Source: Trichoplax adhaerens (Eukaryota > Animalia > Placozoa). Taken from it: a DNA stretch of 64,000 nt. The stretch covers positions 1,910,106 to 1,974,105 of the forward strand of contig NW_002060950.1 in assembly GCF_000150275.1 (NCBI RefSeq), given 5' to 3'. Positions within the stretch are counted from its first letter, which is position 1; each line of letters opens with the position of its first letter. The notes under the pieces are model-generated. The model did not search any database, was not told where the DNA came from, and worked only from the letters and a program-made list of their open reading frames with translations. Made by a program: the position numbers and the translations under genes. This document shows, in pieces, positions 1 to 13,400 of this stretch.

Positions 1-487
1 AGAACTCGGTAAAGCATATACGGTATGAGACAACACAGTACTAGACTGCATACTGTATCCATAAACCGATCGGCAATGAGAATACGATAGTATCGCGGCA
101 TTTTCCTACTTCGGTACTATACTGTAGGCTTAATCATGTACCCTATCATCGACTAGAGTATAAGGTACTATAGCCTATCATCGAGGTAAAAGAAACCTTG
201 AGTCGATGCTATTTGCCTACTTGCATACTAATTCGTTGTTTCTACAGGCAGCAACAATCTTCGAGGAGTTGGCCGTCATCGATTGCAAATATTCAGTTTG
301 AGCCCCAAGTATCAAATACTTGTGAATATAAATGATTGATCTATAATTAGTAGATTATCATTGGGCCAATTTAATGTTACGATGAATCAATCGCCTGTCT
401 TGCAGAAGTCGATTTTCGGTAAGCAATGATTTGAATGGAGTTGATTTGTTGTACAAGAAAAGATAATGGTTTAGCTGCAGAAGAGCA

Positions 488-3400
488 ATGGATCGCAATA
501 TAGACGTAAACCAAGAGCAATCGAATAGCGAGTTCGATCGAAATAGTAAACCAGATAGCTTGCACACCAATAATAGTCAAGGTAGGCAGCAATACATTGA
601 TATTAAGAAGATTCATGTTGAAGATAATAGCCATAATTTAAGTCAGCAAAAAAGCAGCGATGATGAGAATGAGGACAACGCGTCTTCGTCAGCTATTGAT
701 GCACGGCCACAACATGCATCGGACAACAACTTTGATCATTTAACGCAAACACAATTGGATGATACACAAGGTAAAGAAAATAGTCTTCCTTTACTACAAG
801 ATTTGGAAATTAGAAATGTCAACAGTCGTGCCAATGATGATAGTTCATATCAAATATCTCCGTCAACGTCGTGGTTAGATAGCGATTCTCGTACAAGTGA
901 TCATGATAATTTCAGCCTGCATAGCGCAGCTAGCAATAGTTCTGCATGGACTGATATCAAACTGAATGAAGACGGCCATGCTATTTCAAAGGATGATCTA
1001 ACTGGTAGGAGCCATGCCAAATTTTCTGAGAATACTTCTACTTCTACTCAATCGAGTTGGTTGTCCATGTTTAAGCGTAAAAGTGTCAATACTTCCCCCA
1101 AAAATAGCAATAAAGGTATCTATCCGATAGATTAGCCTATATTTTCGGTGATTGCTAATTTAGTAAATAATGCTTTTTTATTTTTGCCCCATGTCATCTT
1201 ATTCTTTGCTATTTATATCAAGATTGTATATGCTGTGATCTTAAGAGCTACCATGTGGCTCGAAAATGCTTATAGCAATTATCTCCACCCGCCCAAACAA
1301 TTATAAAATCGATTTTCATGTTTAAAAATTAAAACGTTTTACTTAACAACAGTTTTATATCCAATTCACGAACCCTTGTTTATGATACTCTTATCAATAC
1401 GCAACATGGAGTTAAGTCACTCCATGACAGCCAATTGTAACTAACAGTAAATCGATTCATGATTAATGTTGTAGAAACAGCGTCTAAGGCAAGATCTCCT
1501 AGTAAAGTTGCTGCTCTACACGCTAATTCAACAACAGGTTTAATCTTAGAGAATAGACCCAAGTGAGTGGAAGAAACATGCACGATACGTGTAAATTACA
1601 CGCAGTATATGCACTTACCAAATTATATAAATTAATTAATAGTAATGTTCTATATTTTAGTCATCATTATCATTGTTATACAAATACAGTATTTCTGCTC
1701 TTTTATAACTAGAGATAAACAATATGTAAAATTTTGATAATCTCATTCCGTTAAGTATAATAAATACTGTTAAGTTGAGACGAAACTATCAATCATCGAT
1801 TTTAAATGTACGAGTAATAGCATTTACATACCATTATCGTAACAATTGTTGTTTAATGATCTGATTTATGCTATTGCACGAATCATGAATTAATTACGCA
1901 ATAGTCATTTGCCTTCGAAACCAAAGCAAGAAGAACTAAAACATCGCCAGCAATATCTACAAATGTTAGAAAATGCAAAAAGAAAAGCGGCTAAAGAAGT
2001 CGCTATTAAAGAAAAGTTAACGGAAGAGAAATATGACCGTGAGGAGATTCTTCGTCAAAGCGGTAAAAAATGGATTGAAGAAATCATTCCTAACTGGCAA
2101 AACATGTAAAAAAAATGTTATTACTTCAGATTTATAAAAAATCTAACTTGCAATCAATTTGGAAGACTGATCCTATTATTATCAATAGGAGACATTCAAG
2201 TACAGTGCAACAGATTTGGTGGCAAGGGATTCCGCCAAACATTCGAGGAAAAATTTGGAAGCTTGCCTTAGATTTTCGCTTAGATATCTCAGCAGGTATA
2301 TCATGTGCTGTATTCTACGTTCGTATAGTTGCGCATTTTATGATTGAAAAATATTGATAATTACAGTAAGTATTAAGTGAAATGCTAGAAATACTCCTAA
2401 TCTTTGATCTCCATTTTGAAATAATATAAAGACTTAAAGTTTGTTTCTATTTTAAGAAATATTTGAAAAAGAAATTGTTATTACTGACTTATGGACGTAT
2501 TTTCATTTTTTAACAATAGACTTATATAAAGTATTAGTGGAAAAGACTGATGAAAAATTTAAAGAACTAGCTTTAAACGGTTAGATAAATATTCGTATAA
2601 TAATGTTGACGCTATGAAAAACTTGCAGTGACGAAGTTATTTCACAACTTAATTGTTATTAGAGCCTCAGTTGGATTCACAGAGTGATTCTCCATTGATA
2701 CAAATTAAGCTAGACATTTCACGTACTTTTCCAAATCTTGGAATGTTTCAAGTTGGTGGCCCATATCATGCTTCTTTGTTCGAGATTCTCGGGGCTTATA
2801 CCCAATTTAAACCCACCGTTGGCTATGTACGTCTCTTTTGATTCATAGTCCTCATTAAACCTTCAACTTTAAAAACTGTCCTTTGATTTGATTGTAAATA
2901 TCAATGACGTCAAATTTTTTACCTATTGGAGATTCAAGGAATGTCGTTTCTTGCCGCAGTATTTTTATTGAATATGGAACCCCTGACTGCCTTTGCCTGC
3001 TTTGCTAACCTGCTTGAGAAACCGTGTCAGAAATCATTTTACGAAATGAAGACGACTAAGGTATTGATGGAATTTTTGTTACAATTACTTGATTATTCAA
3101 CAGAAACTTAGCTAAGATATGATTTTATCATCACAGACTTGCTTACATTGTTTATCGTGAATTACATAAGTAACTGGATTACATGTTTTAGATGCAAGCC
3201 TATTATCAAACTTTCGATGGCCTGTTTTATAAAAATCTTCCGAAATTATTTAACCATTTTACAATCAATAATGTAACTCCTGATATGTATCTTTGTAACT
3301 GGTAGGTTTAGTAGAATCAAACTTCAAAATTTTTATTTAATGCAAAGAATAAAATTGCCTTATTAAGCTGACTACAAGTTATTATTTCCTATCATAATTG

Positions 3401-3905
3401 ATTGTACACTAGGCTTCGAACTGACTTAATTGTATATTATTATCAAGTATTGATTACATAATCTTTTCTAGGATATACACGTTATATAGCCATAGTCTGC
3501 CACTAGATGTAACATGTCGGATATGGGATATTGTTTTTAGGGATGGAGATATTTTTATATTTCGAACTGCTTTAGGTTGGTTTTCAGATTATAGTTAATC
3601 TTTAAAGATAGTGTCAGTATATGAAAATACAGATACAATTCAATTTCAAAAATTTGCTCATTAATCTGCTTCGAGTTTATACTAAATCTCATTCCTCAAT
3701 ATCTTAACACCTTTTAGGGATTTTAAGTTTATATAAATCGAAGCTAATGGATATGAAGTCGATACAGATAGCGAAATTTTTAACTAAATTACCAGACGAC
3801 GTTGATTCCGACTTACTCTTCGATGCTATTAATGATATCCGTGTTACTAAAAATCGATATAACTCTATGTTACTACAACACTTTGAAAATTTTAACTGTA
3901 AATAG
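488..3905 (+). CDS. TBC1D14: TBC1 domain family member 12/14-like Rab-GAP (10 exons, ~592 aa)
   Basis: Hand-spliced in-frame GT-AG model: 488-1115,1475-1562,1905-2105,2189-2295,2520-2579,2663-2826,2932-3060,3192-3301,3472-3575,3718-3905 (1779 nt). Has the TBC1D12/14-type [25 protein letters not shown] segment, [14 protein letters not shown], the R-finger [10 protein letters not shown], the Q-finger GYIQGMSF and [16 protein letters not shown] at 4246. The start codon is less certain. Confidence 0.92.
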
Positions 3906-5193
3906 GTACTGTCAACGTCTGAAATGCGGCCTAAAAGTGCTTTAAATCAAGACATGAATGAAATTGGAGTATAATTTTATATAAAAATGATCAATTTGAT
4001 AATTACGTATGCTCGCATTGATCTGAAAATGATCGCGAAAAAGTAAAAATTTTATACTGGAGCGTAAATTTTATTCTAAGATTCAATCTTTAGTTCATTA
4101 CTTGTGAATTCTGATTCACATTGTACATGTGTTATACTGTTCGTCTTTGACTATAGCTTTTATGCAATATTTCATTGTGAATGTCAGACTGATCTATGTC
4201 CAATATGACTATTGCATGTTAAAATTTAAAATTTATATTGTCTAAAATAAAAGCTATTTGCTGGAAATATGTACCGCTGCATAGCTACTCAGTAGTTCAA
4301 GCGTGCATGTCTGATCTTAGTAAGCTACCATTATACGCGTATGGCATGAACAATAAGAACTTGCAGTGATCACATTAAATCCATAAGCAGGGGCATCTTA
4401 TATAATTATCGGAAACAATTCACTTTCTAGGCTAAAGCTACATTTGTGGTACCTTTTTAATGAAATTATCCTACCGTATCAATTAATCCCTAAAGGTATT
4501 AGAAGCTACGGAATTAACAAATTTGTTCACGAATTTGATTTATCAAATTCCAATAGCTACATGCCATTTGGGTAACAAAAAAAACTCATAATAATCGCAA
4601 AATAAATCCGTAATTCCATTTCCAATACATTTATTTAAAAGTGAATTAGTGAGTCATTACATTATCCAAGATACTAACACATGTCAAATCGAAAGCAATC
4701 GAAATTCTATTCAGTATTCACAGACAACACTTCTACAAAGCCATTACAACGTAGGTTATATCGTAGTTATGATAAAATGAACATTAACTGTGGGTAGGCC
4801 AAACGATATCAATGCAGAAAAAAGTATCATTCAAATGATCGGAAACCAAAATAACAAGCCGAGATATTTTCTTTTGTATTGAGTACTTGTCCTTCTAAGT
4901 TGAAATAATTATGATCGAAAATAATGTACGAATAGAAAAATAGAATAAACATGTTACAATATGATATTTGTATATGATTGAAGATAACATAATAAACGAT
5001 GTATGTATGCGCTCAGGTAACAGTTTTAAATATTAAAGTTAGCTTGTCTGAGGGAATTATGAAAAGGTCTCAGTAGTATCATTAAAAATAATATAAAATA
5101 AAAATTTTTACGTTACAATTATGCTGTGTACTGCTAATGTATCTCGTGCGATATCTCGATCAGTTTGAGAGGTTAAAATCCTAAACCAGCAAG

Positions 5194-8100
5194 TTACCAA
5201 GAACCTGAACTTGAACTCGAGGACGACGATGAGGACGAAGATGAGGACGAAGATGAGGAACGATGCAAAGCATCAGCAATTATGGCACCAGCGGCTACCC
5301 CCGCGACGAGTCCAACAGCAGCTCCCTTTCCAGCTCCACCCCCACCACGATGATGATGATGATGCTCAGTAACAACAGTAACGCCACCCGTTGGCTGAGG
5401 TGGTGGAGCCTGCTGAGCTTGAGGTGGATAGGCACCTTGTGGGTAGTATCCACCTTGTTGCGGATAAGCGCCTTGTGGAGGATATCCACCTTGCTGAGGG
5501 TATGCTCCTTGTTGCGGATATTGACCTGGCTGAGGAGGATATTGACCAGGTTGCGGAGGATACTGACCAGGTTGAGGAGGATACTGGCCAGGTTGAGGAG
5601 GGTACTGGCCAGGTTGAGGAGGAGGATACTGACCAGGGTATCCGGCAGGATTTTGAGGAGGGTAACCTGGTAATTGACCTCCAGCGTATGGAGGAGGTTG
5701 AGCAGGTGGAGCGGATTGCTCTTTGAATCATAATTAAATAAATCCATTAATCCTTCATAAAATTAAAACTCTTGACTTGGGATTGAAGGGTAATACGGTA
5801 TTACATATACATTTTACTGATGATGATACTTACTTGGCTTTTTTTCTTTCTTGCCCTTATCCTTTTTACTTGGTAAAGCGTTCTAAAGAAAGAATATCAA
5901 TTGATTATATACTTATTGAGAGAATAAGTTGCTACCAGCTATTTGATGCTAGTGTATATCTTTATCGGTAATATAATACCGCTATAAGCGATGACAACTC
6001 CAGAATGTTTACATAATCTGGTAAATAATATATTACGCACTGCAGCATATATTAGAAATTTATGTCGATTGCTTAACATCAGCTTTGTCAGTCGTAATCA
6101 TTACAATTTAATTCTCGCTGTTATTCATGTTAACGACACAAATAAACCGTTCGAAACTCACCATTAAAGCTTCCCTGGTACGCTCGATTTGTTCTTTCCA
6201 GAACCTATTGAGATATTAATACCAAAATATCTTTAAGTCAGGCTTTATAAGACAATAACATGAAACTCCTTAGTACAATCAAAATATGTACACATTGCAG
6301 TTTGTGTGATTGTTCCTTGTGAATCTAGAGACTTGAAAGTGGTCCATAAACATAATCGTAATTTATTATTTCTAAAAGTTATCATTTGTAATTTGCATTT
6401 CTGACAGTATACTACTAAATAGCGTGAAAGGTAGTTGTGTTAAATAAAATATATATATAATTGGTCAACTGTGAGAAATCATGAAAGTTACATATAACTT
6501 TCTGCCAAGTTTTTCCGAGTATTGACGTAATAACAAATTGTAAAGATACATGCTGATAAATTATACTGTAAGTAAAAATTTTACCATTACAATCTACTGC
6601 GATAAGGATATTTACTAACAGTATATCAACGAAGTAAAACGGACGTCTGCAAAAATAATGAGGATCTATAAGGATTTTGTGCATTTCGGAACTCTACCGT
6701 GTAATATATCAATTGTTCGTTCCTAATTAACGGAAATTATATCATTGAGAGCTACAAGTGTAATAGTATTTAAATGTGAATGATGACATAAGAATAATTA
6801 TAAGCAATGTTGAATGTTGCTCTTGTAAAGCATGAGCCCTAATCTGTGAACTTTGAAATACGAGTATTAACTCCTGTTTGGCAAACCAGTTATCAATCTT
6901 TTGTACTATAGCCTATTAGAGACCATAAGCTTGCTATAGAACTTATTGACCATAACGATTGAATAATATCATATTCATAAATTGAAATACCACTACGGCA
7001 TACTATACTACTATACTAGTCGTACTTTGCTTCCTCTGGCGAATTCATTAGAAATACTGATTCTCTACCATCTTCTTCTCTCAGGATCATAACACTATTA
7101 TTATTAGCACCACGAGGCAGTGGTTCACTAGGAGGAACACCAATTCGTAGGCTAACATCATCTTCTAAGATGTGCAATCTATCTTCTTCCTTGCCTCCTT
7201 TGCTATCAAAATAGGCAAACTCTCCATTCACTTTGAGTTCTATGTAGGTCGGCTTCCATTTTTTCCAAAATGTTGCTACATGATTAATAATAATACAGTC
7301 AAACATATACTTAATTGACAATCACTAAAACAGTGTAATCTTAATCAGTATCTAAGTAATATAACGATATCGATGAGAAATGAAATGACTCCTTGATCAA
7401 TTAGACGCCGTCCCGAAATAGCAATGAATGACGTAATTTGGCTGGGAATAGTTGCTGTACTGTACTGTACTGTACTTTATTTGTACAGTACTACAGTACA
7501 GTACTGTACGGTACGTAGAGACGGTAGAGTCTGGCACTGTACTGTACTGTACTGTACTGTACAAATCTTGGCATGCAAATGGAGGTGACGTCACGGCAGG
7601 TCATTTGACTGCGGAATACGGTACTGTACTGTACAGTATACGGTACGCAGTGTAAATGAACGTACTGTACACTGTACAGTCAGCCATCAGCAAGTGAGAA
7701 AAATAGATGATTAATGTGAAAAAGGTGAACTATGCAAATGTAAACGAGTTCAGTCTGGGACATGGTCTGGACAAAAGTGTGAATTAAGCGAGGAGACCGA
7801 CCTTATGACCCATTACTACAAATAACAAAAATACGTTTTACAGAGGAAAGTAAGAGCTTCCGTGTTCTATAAACACATACACTTTGCATTCTATACAAAT
7901 ACCGTCAATGATTCAAAAATATATTGTCGTAGGATTAGGCTAGTATGATACTGAAGCTAGGAAAATGTTGTAGGTGAACGAAGAAGAAACTCTATGAAAT
8001 TGATTTAATTCAAGGTGCCTTTACTATGCCACATCATTTATTTATGAAGTGAACGGTTTATTCGAACATTATTTACTGTTGTACAGTATCTGTGCGACGA

Positions 8101-8603
8101 TTTGACTCTTATTGAAACTAGACTACATCGCGTACTGTGATCACATTGTACGACGTATACGCTTATTATCAAAAATGGGCCATGGGTAATAAAAGATTGC
8201 CGTAGTAAAACAAGTAAACATGCCCGCAAGTAATTTTCCACCACACTGAAGGCCTGATAAATTAAATTGAATGATCAGGTAATATATACTGTACATTGTA
8301 TAAGTAATGGCATCAGTACAGTATATTAAGGACTAAGACAGTGACACATCGCAATGAGCACCATGCAATAATAATCTAGTGTGCATCGATTAATGTACAT
8401 CAACAGCGTACTGTAGTGTACACTGTACAGTAGTTACTGTTATTAGTGTTAGTTTCTATTTATCACGCACGCTAAGCTTCATTTTCGACTAAAAAAATCG
8501 AATTAGTAATCTGTAGAGCTACAGTACTTAAAATTAATCTATCCATTTATAATATCAACTTCAACTCACTCAGACGTTGTGCCCAGGCTTCGCAAACGGC
8601 CAT
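5194..8603 (-). CDS. PLEKHB2: Evectin/PLEKHB-like PH-domain protein with P/Q/Y/G-rich linker and C-terminal hydrophobic anchor (5 exons, 300 aa)
   Basis: complement join 8570-8603,7026-7275,6162-6204,5834-5882,5194-5720 (903 nt, phases consistent). N-terminus [35 protein letters not shown]...FWKEQI matches the evectin PH layout. It is followed by a PPPY motif, GQYPPQP repeats and [17 protein letters not shown], which resembles the evectin Gly/Ala-rich tail. Confidence 0.85.
5505..5640 (-). repeat. Coding 21-nt tandem repeat encoding (GQYPPQP)x~5
   Basis: Repeated CCTGGYCARTAYCCTCCKCAR units on the minus strand within the last PLEKHB-like exon. Confidence 0.85.
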
Positions 8604-8853
8604 GATAAGGATGAGAATACTTTCACTTGACTTTAAAAGTTCAAACCCAAATCGTGAACGAATCTTGATTAACTGATTATAGTGGAGAGCTGCTTCTCTT
8701 ATTTTGCCGCACCGTAACGTACGGTACTGTACTGAAATGTACTGTACACTGTACAGTACGCACTGTACTGTACTACAGTACAGTATAAAGGCAAAAAAAT
8801 TTGTAGTGTACTGAACTGTACCACAGTACTGTACTGTACAGTACACAGTAGCC

Positions 8854-8859
8854 AAAAAA
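8854..8859 (-). terminator. Pol III oligo-T terminator of tRNA-Leu
   Basis: TTTTTT on the minus strand 3 nt downstream of the tRNA 3' end. Confidence 0.8.
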
Positions 8860-8862
8860 GAT

Positions 8863-8945
8863 TACCAGGAGTGGGGTTCGAACCCACGCGTGCATCTGCA
8901 CATTGGATCTTAAGTCCAACGCCTTAACCACTCGGCCATCCTGGT
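8863..8945 (-). tRNA. tRNA-Leu (anticodon TAA), intronless
   Basis: Reverse complement ACCAGGATGGCCGAGTGGTTAAGGCGTTGGACTTAAGATCCAATGTGCAGATGCACGCGTGGGTTCGAACCCCACTCCTGGTA. Acceptor stem ACCAGGA/TCCTGGT, A box TGGCCGAGTGG, anticodon loop CTTAAGA, long variable arm, B box GGTTCGAAC. Confidence 0.98.
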
Positions 8946-10486
8946 TCGCACCTACCTCTTAAGGAAGAATTTTTATTTAAGAAAAATCTTATTCCTCATT
9001 ATTCAGTATCCATATGCATTATGCAGTGTACACTGTACAGTACAGTACAATATATTATAGTAATTAAAGGAGAATACACTGTACGGTATGAAAAGAGCTC
9101 CGGTTAATGAGTACAGTACCACACAGATTGAGAGTATGACTACAATACGAGTTTATAATAATACCCATTATAATTATCAATTCCTTTTTTTATAGTCTTA
9201 GCCATGCTAGTAGCGAACTTTACATGCATTTACAGACTTTTTACTATTCGTTTAAGTTGCAAATGAACAACAAACTTGCGCGAACAGTCTTGAAATGGAA
9301 ATTTATTTACATTGGTTACATTGATTTATGATGGTATTTATATACTGTAATAGTGCAACAGTAGAACTTAGAATAAACGTTCAATTTGAAAATTGAAACT
9401 AGAATTTATTTTATTTATGTAGCGATTGCTTTGTCATCTTATCTAATTGAAATTATAATTTGAAATACTGTACTGTACAGTAAGTTAAGATGTTTACGGT
9501 AGTAATGCGCTATGAATTGAGTGCACAGTACTGTACACTGTACTGTACAGTACAGTACTGTAATACTGGATCAGGTCTAACTGGATGTACTGTACTGTAC
9601 ATTGTACAGTACTGCACATGAAGTTGCCCCAGATTGCCCCATCTCTTGTCCGATACCACTGTACTGTACTGTACTGTACAGTACAGTATAGTACAATACT
9701 TTACTACCGCGCTAAGTGTAGTTAGTGCTATACTGTATACTACTAGATATCCACTCACTATTTATACGTGTACATTGTACTGTACAGCCATTATGCATAT
9801 CTAATCTAATTTAATCTAAGGATTTTACTTCAAACTAAATTGGGATACTGTAAACTTAAGTGAGTATTCTAAAAAAGTGGCTATACAGTAGTTGCACGTC
9901 AGACCGGTCCTAACTGCAGTCATAAAGATTTCAAGATTTTTAGACCGTATCCACTACACTATGGCCTCGACGGCTCCACCCTCCTGCATTGGAGCCTGCT
10001 TATAATAGCGTAACGTTGTGCGTCGCATAGTGCCTTACAGTAATTGTGATAGCTTTGTTATTCAAAATCATTGTTACTCAGTTATTATGTTTTTTCTTGT
10101 AAATTGAATACCATTTCTTGCAATCTATGGCGAAAAAAGCAAAAATAACTCGCCGCCAGCAAAAGCGATGAAGAATAGAACGTACAAATTTTATGATTAT
10201 AGAGCCGGAACAACGGTATTTGCTAAAATTCCAGTAATATAGCCTGTCCCCTTTAGTACTTTATTAGAAACATTTATTAGAGTTATATATTTTAGACGTG
10301 AATCGATTCATCCAAAGAGACTGTAATATCCGATTACTCGTATAGTGCCTCCTATATTTTGAACAATAATTTTCTTTTTACAGTTCGCACGCTTGTTCAA
10401 AACACGAGCTATCTGATGTCAATTAAAATCCAATAATATATTTGAAGAAATCTAGCAAAGCAGCCAACCTTTGGAGTCGCAAAGCG

Positions 10487-13400
10487 ATGGCATTTTGTTC
10501 TCATTCTAGGTACAGCTTTGAATCTGATGGAAATAAACCAGCGAATCAAGGTAGACTAAAGCATTACGCCGTATCGGTTTCACATAAACTACCCAAAAAA
10601 TAAAATTAAAAAAAAATATCTTAATTATACTGCCAATAGACTAATCTTTTCCGAGATTAACTAAAAATACGGCGCGTTATAGTACTGTCTGATTTGAATG
10701 ATATGCTTCATTATTACGCTTCGGAGGGTGGTACTATCGTTGTTTACTTTACTATTTACATTAGTCACTCATTTCGTGATATACCTCCCTCCCAATCGAA
10801 CTCTAGAAATACTCGTAATTCATAACTATACTTGGCTCTCGATTATTATCGTTTCTAAGATTTTTTGGAGACTTTAAAATTCCTGATGCCAATTTAGTAT
10901 CGAACAATTCTGAAGACAATATATCACCATTCTAGATAATTTGGCTACGCAGGACGCATCTGTTCAACATTTAATGAGTTATTATCAATGTCGTCATTAT
11001 GGATGGATTAAGAAACAAGGCGGTAATCATAAAAATTGTAAGTCATGATTAAATTTCAATTTTTCAAACTTCTAAAATTTTACCGATCTAATACCGAAAA
11101 TTTTTATATCATAAAATATAGCAAGGCTTAGTGCAGAAGTAATAAACAGTGTATTCCTATACAATATTTATTTTGAAGGCATTAGTTGGAATTAAGTCAT
11201 AAAGAAAATAAGAAATTAATTTTTAGAGCAAGTATACTGAAATCCTAGTTGTTAACAATACGGTAGAATTGGTGCTCACTGGAATTGGTAGATTTTAAAA
11301 TGTAGTGGCAACGAATTACATGTTCTTTGGTTTAACAACAAGCGTTACAAAATGCTGACATTATAATAACTTCTGTATGCATAGCATCTTTAAAGCAAAT
11401 ATAGTAAATATTATGTCATACGAATTTACAGGGAAAACTCGGTTCATGATATTGTGTCAGGGATGTTTATATTACTATGAGAACGAACAATCAGTCAAAC
11501 CGAAAGGCCATGTTGTCCTTAATAACTACAGGTTCGATATAACTGTTACAGCAGTTGGTGCACTGTACAACCATTTCATGTTATATTTAACACCATAGTA
11601 GTACTTACGCCATGCTGCCGAATATAAATAAATTTTAATTGTTAGATTATATTTATTAGTCAAAATATCCATCAAACCGTGGATATTCATTAATATAGCG
11701 GTATTGCCTTTAATTTCTACTATTAAATACACCTTTCATACCGCAACGAAAACTATCTTTTGATATCTACTATACACTACATCATGAACGAGAACAGAGC
11801 CTGTCCAGCTCCAGAAATGAGAAAAATGCCATGGGTTTTTAAATTACTACATCTTCATCCGTGCATGAGGACGTACTACGTCTCCTGTAAAAATAGAGAT
11901 GAAATGCTGGTAATTATAATTATTTAAATGATATCACATAATATTTCGTGAGTCCAATACCTGCACTTAGGTGGGAATGAGAAATACAGTGGCTGTGAGA
12001 AAATCTTTATAGTCTTTCATATTAACAACTGTAGCGCTGTTCTTATTATCATTTAATAAACTTCAGATTAATTTAAAAGCCATTATTTTTAATATGTTAT
12101 GCTGTCACGTATACGTGTACAATTACGTACTATGATACTATGCAAGTTATCTAACTGTTAGTGCTAGTTGACTTTAAGAAACACTTTGTATTCGAATGAA
12201 ATTAGCCGAATCAAAATTAATCCGCTATTTATACATAAGATGATTTATCAGTAAGCATTATCTTCCACTCTTCACATTGTTCCTATTTCTGCAAATATCT
12301 TGTCAGCGTTGGATCGAAATGATCGGGAAAGACATTGAAGTTTATTGTAGCAGTGATGACTGGTAATACTTTTAATGATAATGGTAAAATAAAATTAGGA
12401 ACGTTGCTTCTGTAACTATACGCTAGTAGCTATCCACTTAAATATTTAACTATATTCTCTTTTTATGATATTATTGGAATAAAATAATATCACTTTGTTG
12501 AATTATTTAAAACATACAGCGAACAATGATCGGACATTTTTAGATTTGTTTTCTACGTAAGATAAATAGTTTATTAAGGTGAAGTTACCTAAAGGTAAAC
12601 CAGGTTCTCGGTTGGTAATTCTTGTGTACAGGGGTCACGGATATGAAAAATATGATGAAGAAAGCAATCCAGAAAACCAAAGAAGAAATTACTTTCAAGA
12701 AAGCGAAATTCCTGTAAATATAAATGATAATCCACCAACTGCGACAGAATCTAGTAAGTAGATGTATTGGTCTTAGTAACTAAATGCTTTCAATCCTATA
12801 GACTTATTTGTTTTTCAAATTCATTTATCAAGGTGACATGATAAATTTCAATTATGACCAACAGATTGACGGGATAATTAAATCTAAAGAGTAAGGAATG
12901 ACTATAGCTCGTAATAGCGATAGTTGATTTTTTCAATAGACTACGATATACAGTTTATAATTATACAAAATAATATTATTTCAAACCAATCTGATCAAGT
13001 TATAAACAAGTATATCATCGTCAATTAAAATGGATATAGTCATTAAAAGAAGGCCACTTAAGAATATTTAAGATACTATATACTACATTACACAAAGTAT
13101 TTTCATTAATGAATTTAATGTGTTATACGGTACCGTACAAACGGTTACGATGAAACTGGAGATGATAAAGTTTTCTTAAGAAGATCTTATAATCATAGCA
13201 TACGAACGTATGAAAATTCGTTGGTATCGAAGGTCTTGACTAATGCATATGTCGACTTCGATAACGTACAATAGTAATAAAGTGGGTATATCATTTATTT
13301 TAAAGCACTGATTCGATACGCTGTAGCAGTTTCAGTAATTAAACAAGGATTTTCGTTGATCCATTTGATGTTTGCTTTGCATAATATCCTAAAATTTATA

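Larger units (their letters stand above)
7452..9790. repeat. Clusters of (TACTG/CAGTA)n and palindromic TACTGTACAGTA
   Basis: Dense patches at ~7452-7680, 8720-8850, 9025-9050 and 9465-9790. Similar patches at ~17985-18410 and 22515-22860. Confidence 0.85.

Noticed and set aside
5263-5747. Four overlapping long ORFs on both strands (Arg/Leu-rich, acidic, etc.)
   Set aside because: These are shadow frames of the stop-poor P/Q/Y/G repeat exon. The real frame is the ATG-less minus frame that splices to the PH domain.
7397-9758. ORFs rich in YCTVQYSTV
   Set aside because: Translations of the TACTG/CAGTA repeats, not proteins. The same applies at 18013-18554 and 22533-22973.
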